Origin: a virus
Lineage: Duplodnaviria; Caudoviricetes
IMG/VR virus record: IMGVR_UViG_3300030061_001386
Span: 1-64,000 of that record
DNA: 64,000 bases
Direction: 5' to 3' (one strand)
Made by a program: the position numbers and the translations under genes. The notes under the pieces were generated by a model. That model saw nothing but the letters and a program-made list of their open reading frames with translations, searched no databases and was not told where the DNA came from. Of this stretch, positions 10,768-19,387 are shown one piece after another (position 1 is the first letter of the stretch; every line of letters begins with the position of its first letter).

Positions 10768-11439
10768 CTAGTAGTCCCTTATCATTGTTAGGATTCCTCT
10801 ATATACCATCTCTGAATCAGATTTAGCACTTACAATATACTTATGACATGGGATTCCTTTATCATTTAACTTCTGCATCCCATTCCTAAATGACTCAAAT
10901 ATTGGGTGTTTTTCTATCTTACCTTCATAGTCATATTTGTCTTTCCATAAGTCGTATTTGTTAGCCCAAAGAGCAACAGCAATTGGGTAGTCGTGCATTT
11001 TCTTTTTCTTCTTTTTTCCTTTAACGTTCCAATAAGGAGAACAAATAGTATCCACTAAAAAAGTCCAACATAACTGTTGTTCTATATCGTAGTGTTTATC
11101 CATATGTCTATCATCTAACATGAATATAATATATTTAACATGTCGAGTACGCATATCTTCAACCCACTCAGTCCAAAATACAGTCTCTCCACCAACATCA
11201 GCAGTTTTGACAGTATGTGCATCACCATCTAATTTTACATACTTTCTAGATGCTCTCTTTAACCCAACCGTTCTATCTGTAATGGAAGGAACTTCACCTC
11301 TAGTTCTGAGTTGATGATGTAGTGTAGTTTTACCTGCTTTACTTGCTCCATATACCCCAAAAGGAATTGAGTGAAGTCTTTGATATACTTTGTTAAGTCC
11401 TTCAACAAGTAGTATAGCAAAACCTGCCATTACTGACAT
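10768..11439 (-). CDS. Small Ras-superfamily (Arf/Sar-like) GTPase
   Basis: All five G motifs: G1 GASKAGKT, G2 T (RTVG), G3 DVGG, G4 NKYD, G5 SAK; hydrophobic N-terminal helix. Confidence 0.85.
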   Translation of the reverse strand: MSVMAGFAILLVEGLNKVYQRLHSIPFGVYGASKAGKTTLHHQLRTRGEVPSITDRTVGLKRASRKYVKLDGDAHTVKTADVGGETVFWTEWVEDMRTRHVKYIIFMLDDRHMDKHYDIEQQLCWTFLVDTICSPYWNVKGKKKKKKMHDYPIAVALWANKYDLWKDKYDYEGKIEKHPIFESFRNGMQKLNDKGIPCHKYIVSAKSDSEMVYRGILTMIRDY

Positions 11440-11445
11440 TTTGCC

Positions 11446-11673
11446 TCAACCCCATAGATGATGCCAAAAACTAAACATTCCGTCTAATATCCATTGAAAT
11501 ACATTTATCCCAAAAAGAGGTAACATATGTCCAATAGAAAAACTAGCAACACAAGCAATACCACCCCAAAGAAAAAATCTTGCTCTTAAGAACCATATAT
11601 CAGCAGAATGCGCTCTTTGTAAATCATAGGCTAATGTGGATTCATCGAATCCCATTAGTATTTCTGAAACCAT
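11446..11673 (-). CDS. Small membrane protein
   Basis: Hydrophobic FFLWGGIACVASFSIGHMLPLFGI segment. Confidence 0.6.
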   Translation of the reverse strand: MVSEILMGFDESTLAYDLQRAHSADIWFLRARFFLWGGIACVASFSIGHMLPLFGINVFQWILDGMFSFWHHLWG

Positions 11674-11682
11674 TCTTTACCC

Positions 11683-12102
11683 TCATTCATTGAATTGGGT
11701 TAAAAATGTTGGACTCAATGCGTTTTCGTTTGGTGTAACTGTTTGCATAAATGGAGTCTGAATCTCCCCATAGTTTTGTTGTTGGAATGTTTGATTAAAC
11801 TGACGTAATGAATCTCTAACTCTCTTACGGTTTTCTTCTTCTCTAGCCTTTCTGTTCCAATACCCGTCAATGTTTCTCTTTAGCAAGAACTCTTCTATTA
11901 TGTCATTCAAGAACAAATCGAATACTGCCTTCATAATCATAATGAGTCCTACGGTAGAAATACCAAATAGAACTGCATGAGAGAATCCCCCATATGGAAA
12001 GTTAACTCCTACCATTTGGTAAAAGTAAATATTAACACCACTCATTGCTCCTACGAACAATATGGTCATAATTAATCTTGTATCTGTATCAATTGATGGC
12101 AA
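11683..12102 (-). CDS. Membrane protein, 2 TM helices plus charged coil
   Basis: Two hydrophobic spans; likely TTG start at 12102 after GGAG (track start 12144). Confidence 0.6.
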   Translation of the reverse strand: MPSIDTDTRLIMTILFVGAMSGVNIYFYQMVGVNFPYGGFSHAVLFGISTVGLIMIMKAVFDLFLNDIIEEFLLKRNIDGYWNRKAREEENRKRVRDSLRQFNQTFQQQNYGEIQTPFMQTVTPNENALSPTFLTQFNE

Positions 12103-12106
12103 AGTA

Positions 12107-12391
12107 TCAACTCCATGTACAGGAGTATGCCCCACCACTCCCACTTAGTATTGCGGTAATACCAGTACCCATTGCTCTACCATGAAGGTCAAACTCTGTT
12201 GTTGTATTAGCGGTTAGAATTAATCTAGCAACTTCATCAGATGAACCAACAGTAGTACTAGCACTATCGTAGATTTTTAGTGTTGCAGTACCAGTTGAAG
12301 TGAAATGAACACTATTTAGTTTACAAACACCAGTATTCAAAACTGCACTAGCGGTTCTAACGGGGCTACCTGCGACTCCCCCGACCATCAT
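12107..12391 (-). CDS. Putative minor capsid/decoration protein
   Basis: Small T/S/G-rich beta protein two genes downstream of the MCP. Confidence 0.4.
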   Translation of the reverse strand: MMVGGVAGSPVRTASAVLNTGVCKLNSVHFTSTGTATLKIYDSASTTVGSSDEVARLILTANTTTEFDLHGRAMGTGITAILSGSGGAYSCTWS

Positions 12392-12807
12392 TTCACATCC
12401 TTCTTAGTGGTCTTTTTAGCAGGTGTTTTCTTTGTGGTTGTTTTCTTAGCAGGTGTTTTCTTCACCTCTTCTTTAGCAGGAGCAATAGTTTCAACAACTG
12501 TTTCCACTACTTCTTCTACTTTCTTTTTGGTGGCTGACTTTTTCTTAGGGTATAGAACTGATAAAACATTATCTTCTTCTGCAACATTCAAATGTGCTTT
12601 CAGATGATTTAGTTTTCGACCTTCTAGTGTTGAAATGTGCTTCTTATCGTCTTGTGTAAAATCAATAAGAATTGATTCATCACCGCAATAATCTATTGCA
12701 ATGTTTGCAGGAACTTCGCACCATGTATGCGCTCCTATCGAATATTCGCCTTTTCCTATTACTATCTCGCCTTCAGGTCTATGTCTTACTAGTTTCATTA
12801 ATGCCAT
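12388..12807 (-). CDS. Hypothetical protein with K/T/P-rich tail (PAKKTT repeats)
   Basis: Follows the MCP; GGAGG upstream. Confidence 0.6.
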   Translation of the reverse strand: MALMKLVRHRPEGEIVIGKGEYSIGAHTWCEVPANIAIDYCGDESILIDFTQDDKKHISTLEGRKLNHLKAHLNVAEEDNVLSVLYPKKKSATKKKVEEVVETVVETIAPAKEEVKKTPAKKTTTKKTPAKKTTKKDVK

Positions 12808-12829
12808 AATTATGCCTCCATTATATTGG

Positions 12830-12871
12830 GTAGTATCCCCTACCCCGATAGTTCGGAGTAGAGGGTACTAC
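12830..12871 (-). terminator. Strong hairpin downstream of the MCP (terminator/attenuator or mRNA-stabilising stem)
   Basis: gtagtatcccctaccccga / tcggagtagagggtactac imperfect inverted repeat. Confidence 0.55.
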
Positions 12872-12900
12872 TTTACGTTTTCACTTTCTAATGAAGTACC

Positions 12901-14295
12901 TTAAGCACTCTTTAGGTTAGTAATCTTACCTTGTCCTTTGAAGAAGGAACAGCATGTCTCACCCATAGTGCGGTACATACCTTGGTTTCCAAGTTTACCA
13001 ACACCGAATGGGTTTCCACTAGTAATACCATCTTCGAAGTATTGTGTAGGTTTCATTACAGATAGCCATAGGTGGTCAGTATCTAGAATCAGTATATCAC
13101 TGATACGGTTAGATGTACTCAGACCAGTTGAAGGCATGTCCTTAGCAGGTATAATTGGTATGTCATAGTATGTTGCAACTCTGAAACCAACTTCTTGACC
13201 CTTAACACCACGAACACCATTATGGGTAGGAACAATCTCTTTCCTGTCCATGAATCTTTCTTGTGCTTGTAGCAAGTCAGAAAGTTTCTGTATGGTATCA
13301 TATCCAGTAAGGATAACTTTAGGGTTTCCACCGTTTTGGCGTATTTTCCTAATCATATCGTTAAGTAGGCTCAATGTTAGAACTCTACAATCACCGGATG
13401 CATAACCTGCACCGAAATCAACTTCAGCATCTAGGAAAGAAGCAACACCTGTGTATGTGAAGTTTCCACTACTACCTGTGTTTCCAACTGTTACAGTTCT
13501 TGTTGAACCATAGATAGTTGCCGCATCTGCAATGTTAGCAAAAGTACCATCGTTGTTCTTACTGTTGTGGAAGACGTTATCTTCCTGCATCATAGCCAAC
13601 TCAGCCGCAGATGAAACTATCTTCATTAGTGAAGTATAGTTCTTCTCAATACCTGTTGTACCGTTCTCGTTGTACTTCTCAAGAGGCATAACTAGCATCT
13701 TGCTTTGTACTTCAGCGTGTAGTTTACCCATGTCCTCACGAACAATTGCTCTGATGTCACCGACACCATCATCAATTGCGGCAAGTTCCATTCCAAGTTC
13801 TGAGAACTCAAACAGATGTGCAATAGTCTTAGGGCTAACGTATAGTTTTGTGTACTCAGGTGCTAATGCATGGAAGTCTGTACCAATTACAGCATTCTCT
13901 CCAACTCCACCAATAGTATCTGCTCTTGGTGTTGCCGCATCAGCAGAACTAATTGAGCCAGTTACAGCGTTAGAACCTGTTGCGAAATTAGAACCACTAC
14001 CACCAATAGGTCGGCTCTTTAGAACTCTCCAACCTGAAGATGTGTATGGCCTCTTTGCAATCATAGAAAGAGGGTTTACTTCTTGGTTCAGCATAGACCA
14101 AACTTTCTGTCCATAAAGAACGTTGTATAAGTCGCCTAGTCCAGCCGCCGCAGTAAAGGGGTTTGAAGAAGCATCGTGAGGAGTTCCGAATCCTCCAACA
14201 ACTCCACCCGCTTTGAGTAGAGCATTACCGGAGTTTCCACCGTATCCGTACGTAGCCGCTTCTAAGTCTTTCATTGTCTTAATATATCCTGACAT
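12901..14295 (-). CDS. Major capsid protein (HK97 fold)
   Basis: 464 aa directly downstream of the prohead protease; GGNPKVILTGYDT and YYDIPII segments resemble halovirus/magrovirus MCPs; highly expressed-type codon usage. Confidence 0.85.
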   Translation of the reverse strand: MSGYIKTMKDLEAATYGYGGNSGNALLKAGGVVGGFGTPHDASSNPFTAAAGLGDLYNVLYGQKVWSMLNQEVNPLSMIAKRPYTSSGWRVLKSRPIGGSGSNFATGSNAVTGSISSADAATPRADTIGGVGENAVIGTDFHALAPEYTKLYVSPKTIAHLFEFSELGMELAAIDDGVGDIRAIVREDMGKLHAEVQSKMLVMPLEKYNENGTTGIEKNYTSLMKIVSSAAELAMMQEDNVFHNSKNNDGTFANIADAATIYGSTRTVTVGNTGSSGNFTYTGVASFLDAEVDFGAGYASGDCRVLTLSLLNDMIRKIRQNGGNPKVILTGYDTIQKLSDLLQAQERFMDRKEIVPTHNGVRGVKGQEVGFRVATYYDIPIIPAKDMPSTGLSTSNRISDILILDTDHLWLSVMKPTQYFEDGITSGNPFGVGKLGNQGMYRTMGETCCSFFKGQGKITNLKSA

Positions 14296-14297
14296 AT

Positions 14298-15524
14298 TTA
14301 ATCACCTCTTGTTAATGCGTGTAGGTCGTCCCAAGACATATCAGCCGCCGCCTCAATGCTTGTTGGAAATCCTTCAGGAAGTGACATAGCCACTTCTTGT
14401 GCTTTCCTAATCTCAGAGTTTCTCTCTGTTAGAGATTTGCGTAGTTCAGCAAACTCTTCTTTCAGAGCCGCTACATCAGTACGAGCATCATATTCTGCTC
14501 TTTCTGCGTTAGCCTTTTTTACAGATAGTTCGTTAGTAAACCTTGCTTCGAACTCTTTGCTTAGAGAATCGTAAGCCATTGCTTCCATTCTCTCTGCTTT
14601 GAACTTAGCATAAGCCTTCTCAACATTTTCAGCACTCAAGTCAAGAGTAGAGAAATCAGTTCCCTCTAATCCTTTTGCTACGTTAAGTGCGGCAGGTGCG
14701 GCAGTAGGCTTTCCTCCACTTACTACTTCTTCTCCTGCTTCGAACTCTCTTGTTTCATCTTCATCAAGAGCCTTCTCTTCCATGTCTTCGTCTGCTTTTT
14801 CTTCCATGTCTTCGTCCATGTCGGCTTTTTCATGTCCATACATTTTCTCATCCATATCTGCATCAGTATCCATATACTCTGCGTTCTTCGTTACGGCGTC
14901 ATCAACTTCACTGTGAACGTTGTTAACTTGTTTCATCAAGTCATTCAACTCTTCCAGTGCTTTTTCCAATTTTTCACTCATTGTTTTATCCTCCATTTTT
15001 AAAATGTCGAACTTTGCTTCGGGATTAATCCCTTTCTCGCAGATTGTAACTTCATGCAGTTCCAACCTGTCTATCTCGTTGTACTCCCCATACTCATCAG
15101 AAGTCTTTTGCTTCTTTGAGATGGCTTGTCCACCTATACTAAAGGAACGAAGTGTTCCTTTTCTAATACCTCTTGATATTTCTTTTGCCTTTTCTATGTC
15201 ATCTCTTAGTTTGATAACTACATAGAACCCTACATCATCAACTGAAGTCTTGTGCAGTACACCGTGACTATCACGATATTGCTCAACAACTTCTCCAACT
15301 TGTACATTAGAATGATTAGACATTACATTTCTGTATTTCTCATCAGACATGTATTTCTTAACAGCATCATTTAATGCTTCTAGTGTGATTAAATCATTTT
15401 GTTTGTCAACTATTTCTATTGAAGCATAACCTCCAATGATTAGATTGTCTGACTTAAGAATGCTGAACTCATGAGAAGATTCTGCCTTCAGTAAAGGAGA
15501 TTCCATCATCAACATTGCAGTCAA
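14298..15524 (-). CDS. Prohead protease with C-terminal scaffold domain
   Basis: IIGGYAS...DKQND...H...GTLRSFSIGG...LHEVTICEKGINPEA (HK97/herpes-type serine protease), followed by an acidic coiled coil. Confidence 0.9.
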   Translation of the reverse strand: MTAMLMMESPLLKAESSHEFSILKSDNLIIGGYASIEIVDKQNDLITLEALNDAVKKYMSDEKYRNVMSNHSNVQVGEVVEQYRDSHGVLHKTSVDDVGFYVVIKLRDDIEKAKEISRGIRKGTLRSFSIGGQAISKKQKTSDEYGEYNEIDRLELHEVTICEKGINPEAKFDILKMEDKTMSEKLEKALEELNDLMKQVNNVHSEVDDAVTKNAEYMDTDADMDEKMYGHEKADMDEDMEEKADEDMEEKALDEDETREFEAGEEVVSGGKPTAAPAALNVAKGLEGTDFSTLDLSAENVEKAYAKFKAERMEAMAYDSLSKEFEARFTNELSVKKANAERAEYDARTDVAALKEEFAELRKSLTERNSEIRKAQEVAMSLPEGFPTSIEAAADMSWDDLHALTRGD

Positions 15525-15558
15525 GTTTCTACTCTTACTATATTAAATAAATGTAAAA

Positions 15559-18153
15559 TTAATCCTTTTTAGGTGTTGGGAAGTCTAATACAGCATATGT
15601 GTCTTCAGTAATATTCCATTTGTTAGGGTTCTCTTTATCCTCTAACATCTCTTGCTTCTTACCTGTCCATGCAATCCAACTCTTTTTCTCATCTAACGGG
15701 ACTACTCTGAAATGCATTCGAGTTTCAAACTTATCTCCATCAAGACGATATTCGTGATAACCATCTTTTTGTATTCCTAATTCAATCTCTCCTTTATCTA
15801 ACACTTTCTTTGACTCTCCTATTTTCTTAGAAACAATAGCAGGATACTTACCTGATTTACCGAATAGGTCATAGATATCTGTATTGCCTTCTATGTCTAT
15901 TGTCCAAGCCATACGTTCATCTTGGTAATCTATGATTAAATCTACATTATCGTCTTCTCTCAAAACGATTGTATATTTTCCCATGTTGTCTTTCTTCACT
16001 AGTTCTTCAATATCTTTTTCTAAAATATCTTCTCTAGCAGTAAACTTGTTCGGATGTAAATAGACTAAATCTTCTTGTTGTTTCATCCACGCCATTAGTT
16101 TACCATCATCTGAATCAAATAAATCTGCAAATGCTCCTTGATGTTTATCTACAACAAAGTCTAGTATTTTGCTAAATGGTAAGTTATCCCTACCACTTTC
16201 TAATATCTCATTCCTAATTGCTAACCTAAACATAGAACGTTTGCTTTTCATTATGTTAGCAACTTGTTCTTTCCACAAATCTATGTTATGTAAAGCATTT
16301 TTCTGCATTAGGCTATCTCCTTCAAACCCATAAATAGTAAATCCATTTAAGTCTTCTTTGAGTATTATTTCAGCAGTACCATGTGTATGGTCTGTAATGT
16401 AATATCCTTTCTTGACTTTCTTTTTCTGACCTCTTGGGTTTTGCAATCCACTAGTAACTTCAAACATCCCACCCACCTTATCTCCAAAGGTATATCCCAT
16501 TGCACTCAATGATTTTTTTGTCTTACTCGCAAGTTGTTCTAATGTCTCAACGGAATCAGAACGGGTGACTTCCGGTATCTCTATTACCTTAGCAGAAAAT
16601 AATTTGAACCCGTCTTTACCTTTTTTCACTTCATCAACTTTAACTCTAACAATACTACCAATCTTAACAGATTCTTTTGTATTCAAAGCCTTACCTACTT
16701 CAAGATAATCTTTATCTTCAAACTCAATTGTTTTGTAATTTCTTGCGGTTTCAGCATTTACTGGGCCAATACCCATAGTGTAAGAGTGTAAATTGCTTTT
16801 AGTTTTCTTAGCATCTAGCACTACTACATCCAAATCAACAAACTTCTTCCACTTAATCCACTTAGGATTTTTCTTAACTCCAATGTAATATGTTGATTCT
16901 ATGTCTTTAATTACAACTCCCTCAGAAGCAGGAAGTTGCATAATCTCTTTTGCATATTCTTCTACTTCCTTAATTGAATCTGCTATCCTTGTGTCTTTCT
17001 TGGATGGGAAGGCTAAGTCTTGTGATGAATGTTGAGAGTATTGATAGAGTAGAATATTATGTCTTTCTCTTAATGTTTCATCAGCAATGTTCTTTCCCTC
17101 ATGAACCATTATATCAAAAACATGCGCTCGTAGTTCCCCGCCCTTTTTATTTTTGAAAACGTGTGCAATTGTGTCTGCTCGGTGTAGTGGCTCATCTTTC
17201 ATAAACAACATTAGTTCACCATCTAATATACAGTCATTGAATGATTTCTTTTCAAGAGCCTTAACTTGCTCAGGACATTTACTAGTTATGTCTTTCTCGT
17301 TGTAAGAATAAATCGTTACCTTATTATTGAACTTATGAAGTTGTATTCTCATACCATCATATTTTTCTTGGACTATGTATTCTCCTGTCAACCCCTTAAC
17401 TTCTTTTAAATCATCAATCTCAAATATTCTATACATTGGTTTATTTGGAATTATGAAGTCAATAGATTGCTTTTCTTCATCACTTTTTGCAATATCTAAA
17501 TCTACTAAACTATCCCACTTATCTTCACTATATTCAGAACCGTAGACTTTTTGTAATAATTTGTATGCTCCCTTGAACTTGTTTTCTATTCTACGGGTAT
17601 CTTCATCTTCTTTACCATAGTGTTCTATAATGTAAAGTGGAATATCTTTAGGTTCTAAATCAAGTCCCATGTAGTCTCTTGTAATCTCATCAGGTTTCAA
17701 ATCAACTGCTAACCATGCTTTATCGGGAAGAGGATTAGCGTGAGAACGTAAAGCATAATGTATGAATGCGGCAAACGTAGACTCATCTTTGAGTAAAGTA
17801 GCAATTACCTTATCACCTAACTGTTTAGAAAATGGGTCACTTACTTCATCTGATTTGAATCTCATTTCCTTTATTGCTTCATACAATTCTTTAGCCTGTC
17901 TTGAACTAGGATTATATGTTTCATCAGAAAACGCTGTGTCTTCTTTTAGATATGTTTTGAGTTCTCTAGTAAAATCATCTATTGTATCGAACTGTTCTCT
18001 AACATCTTTTACTGTTTTTTTCCAAGCATCACCATATTCATCAGGGTTTTCTTTTGCAGAAAGATAAGAATACCTAACACGCTCAAAGAAGTCCAATACT
18101 TTCTTAGTCATTGTATTGGTTTCTTTCTCAAAAGATAACCCTGTCTGTGGCAT
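15559..18153 (-). CDS. Large ATP-dependent DNA ligase inside the head module, with N- and C-terminal extensions
   Basis: Motifs I QEKYDGMR, III LDGE, IIIa VFDIM, IV EGVVIK, V WIKWK, then an OB domain. Confidence 0.85.
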   Translation of the reverse strand: MPQTGLSFEKETNTMTKKVLDFFERVRYSYLSAKENPDEYGDAWKKTVKDVREQFDTIDDFTRELKTYLKEDTAFSDETYNPSSRQAKELYEAIKEMRFKSDEVSDPFSKQLGDKVIATLLKDESTFAAFIHYALRSHANPLPDKAWLAVDLKPDEITRDYMGLDLEPKDIPLYIIEHYGKEDEDTRRIENKFKGAYKLLQKVYGSEYSEDKWDSLVDLDIAKSDEEKQSIDFIIPNKPMYRIFEIDDLKEVKGLTGEYIVQEKYDGMRIQLHKFNNKVTIYSYNEKDITSKCPEQVKALEKKSFNDCILDGELMLFMKDEPLHRADTIAHVFKNKKGGELRAHVFDIMVHEGKNIADETLRERHNILLYQYSQHSSQDLAFPSKKDTRIADSIKEVEEYAKEIMQLPASEGVVIKDIESTYYIGVKKNPKWIKWKKFVDLDVVVLDAKKTKSNLHSYTMGIGPVNAETARNYKTIEFEDKDYLEVGKALNTKESVKIGSIVRVKVDEVKKGKDGFKLFSAKVIEIPEVTRSDSVETLEQLASKTKKSLSAMGYTFGDKVGGMFEVTSGLQNPRGQKKKVKKGYYITDHTHGTAEIILKEDLNGFTIYGFEGDSLMQKNALHNIDLWKEQVANIMKSKRSMFRLAIRNEILESGRDNLPFSKILDFVVDKHQGAFADLFDSDDGKLMAWMKQQEDLVYLHPNKFTAREDILEKDIEELVKKDNMGKYTIVLREDDNVDLIIDYQDERMAWTIDIEGNTDIYDLFGKSGKYPAIVSKKIGESKKVLDKGEIELGIQKDGYHEYRLDGDKFETRMHFRVVPLDEKKSWIAWTGKKQEMLEDKENPNKWNITEDTYAVLDFPTPKKD

Positions 18154-18162
18154 GTATCCCCC

Positions 18163-18684
18163 TCAAGCAGATGGTCTTGGAGGATTTATTGAACTTCTAG
18201 AACTAGCAGTTGACCCCATATCCATTTCCATTAGAACTCTAACGGCATTATGTGCTTTCTCCGCAGAACCCTTTCTTCCTTGTTTAAGTTCAGCAGTAGC
18301 CATCTCTAATTGTTTAACTGCATCTTTGTATGCCGCTTCTTCCATTAGGTTAGATTGGCTTTGTTCAAACGGGGAAGCATCACCACCTAAAGGAGAATAC
18401 TTTTCACCATATTGTTTAATTAAAGATTCTAACGCCTCAATCACACTAGCCTTAGTAACCTCATTGAGTTTATCCTCTTTACCTTCAACATTACTTGTCT
18501 TAGGCAGAGGTTCTTCTGATGGGTTTTTCTTAGGTCTTTTCACCTTGACTTCTTCACCTGTTAGTGGCTCATCTAGTTTTAGTGTACCTAGATGTTCTGC
18601 TTCTTGCAATACTTCTTTTGCTTTTAATATAGCCAATTCAACTATTTTTTCTTCCCATGTTACTCTCTCCGGCATTTTAATCAC
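18163..18684 (-). CDS. Hypothetical head-region protein
   Basis: ORF in the operon; TWEE...ILKA variant of the shared motif. Confidence 0.55.
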   Translation of the reverse strand: MIKMPERVTWEEKIVELAILKAKEVLQEAEHLGTLKLDEPLTGEEVKVKRPKKNPSEEPLPKTSNVEGKEDKLNEVTKASVIEALESLIKQYGEKYSPLGGDASPFEQSQSNLMEEAAYKDAVKQLEMATAELKQGRKGSAEKAHNAVRVLMEMDMGSTASSRSSINPPRPSA

Positions 18685-18911
18685 TCCATATCTTTTACTA
18701 GTTTGTGTATGTCTTCCCAGTCCATACTCTTTTTGATTGTACTTCCACCTACAATATTCCTACTATCCATAGTAGGAGAAGGAGATTCGTAAACAACGTA
18801 TCCCGATTTCATTAGTAGATTATCCTTATGATAAACTGCCTGTTCTAAAGCCTTTACTTTGTCAACTAATTCTTTCATTAACATAAGCATTTCATTATTT
18901 TCTTCACTCAT
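18681..18911 (-). CDS. Small coiled protein ending MDWEDIHKLVK
   Basis: Likely start at MSEEN; C-terminus resembles the protease C-terminus MSWDDLHAL. Confidence 0.55.
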   Translation of the reverse strand: MSEENNEMLMLMKELVDKVKALEQAVYHKDNLLMKSGYVVYESPSPTMDSRNIVGGSTIKKSMDWEDIHKLVKDME

Positions 18912-18912
18912 T

Positions 18913-18996
18913 TTATGCACCTTCCTGTATGTCTTTCATAGCAATTAACATGTCTTCTCGGATTCTTTGTCTTAGAACTATTTTCCAGTCTATCAT
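18913..18996 (-). CDS. 27-aa peptide MIDWKIVLRQRIREDMLIAMKDIQEGA
   Basis: Below the track cutoff; GGAG upstream; fills an operon gap; carries a W-x-x-V-L-R motif. Confidence 0.4.
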   Translation of the reverse strand: MIDWKIVLRQRIREDMLIAMKDIQEGA

Positions 18997-19039
18997 GTAA
19001 CTCCTGCTCCTTCGTGTAGTGGTCTAGTTCAATAAGGTT

Positions 19040-19387
19040 TCATTTACCATCCTTTTTCTTATTCTCAGGATAAACCATTTTCCTTAGTTGATTGTATAGT
19101 GTTTCATAGTCCTTTCTTAGTTCAGATGCTGATGCAAGTATTTCTAGATTTTTCTCATCAAAACCTTCTACTTGCTTACTTAGTTTCTTATCCGATTTTA
19201 CTATATCAATGTCTTTCAGTTCACCGATTAAGTCTGATAGTTGAGTCATCTCTTGACCCATTGTGTTAGTAGGTTGAGACTTCTGTAAAAGTTTCTTTAG
19301 TTTCTTTTTCTTCTTAGCGTCTATCTTCTCGATAAATACAGGAGAGAAGTAGAAGCCCTCTGCTTTAACAATATCAAACCACTTCAT
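19040..19387 (-). CDS. Hypothetical protein, WxxIVK leader
   Basis: Starts MKWFDIVKA. Confidence 0.6.
   Translation of the reverse strand: MKWFDIVKAEGFYFSPVFIEKIDAKKKKKLKKLLQKSQPTNTMGQEMTQLSDLIGELKDIDIVKSDKKLSKQVEGFDEKNLEILASASELRKDYETLYNQLRKMVYPENKKKDGK

Noticed and set aside
18910-19042. Stop-codon readthrough of the 19040-19387 ORF (frame stays open about 43 codons)
   Set aside because: An SD-preceded 27-aa ORF with the W-motif explains the gap more simply; TGA is used as a normal stop throughout.
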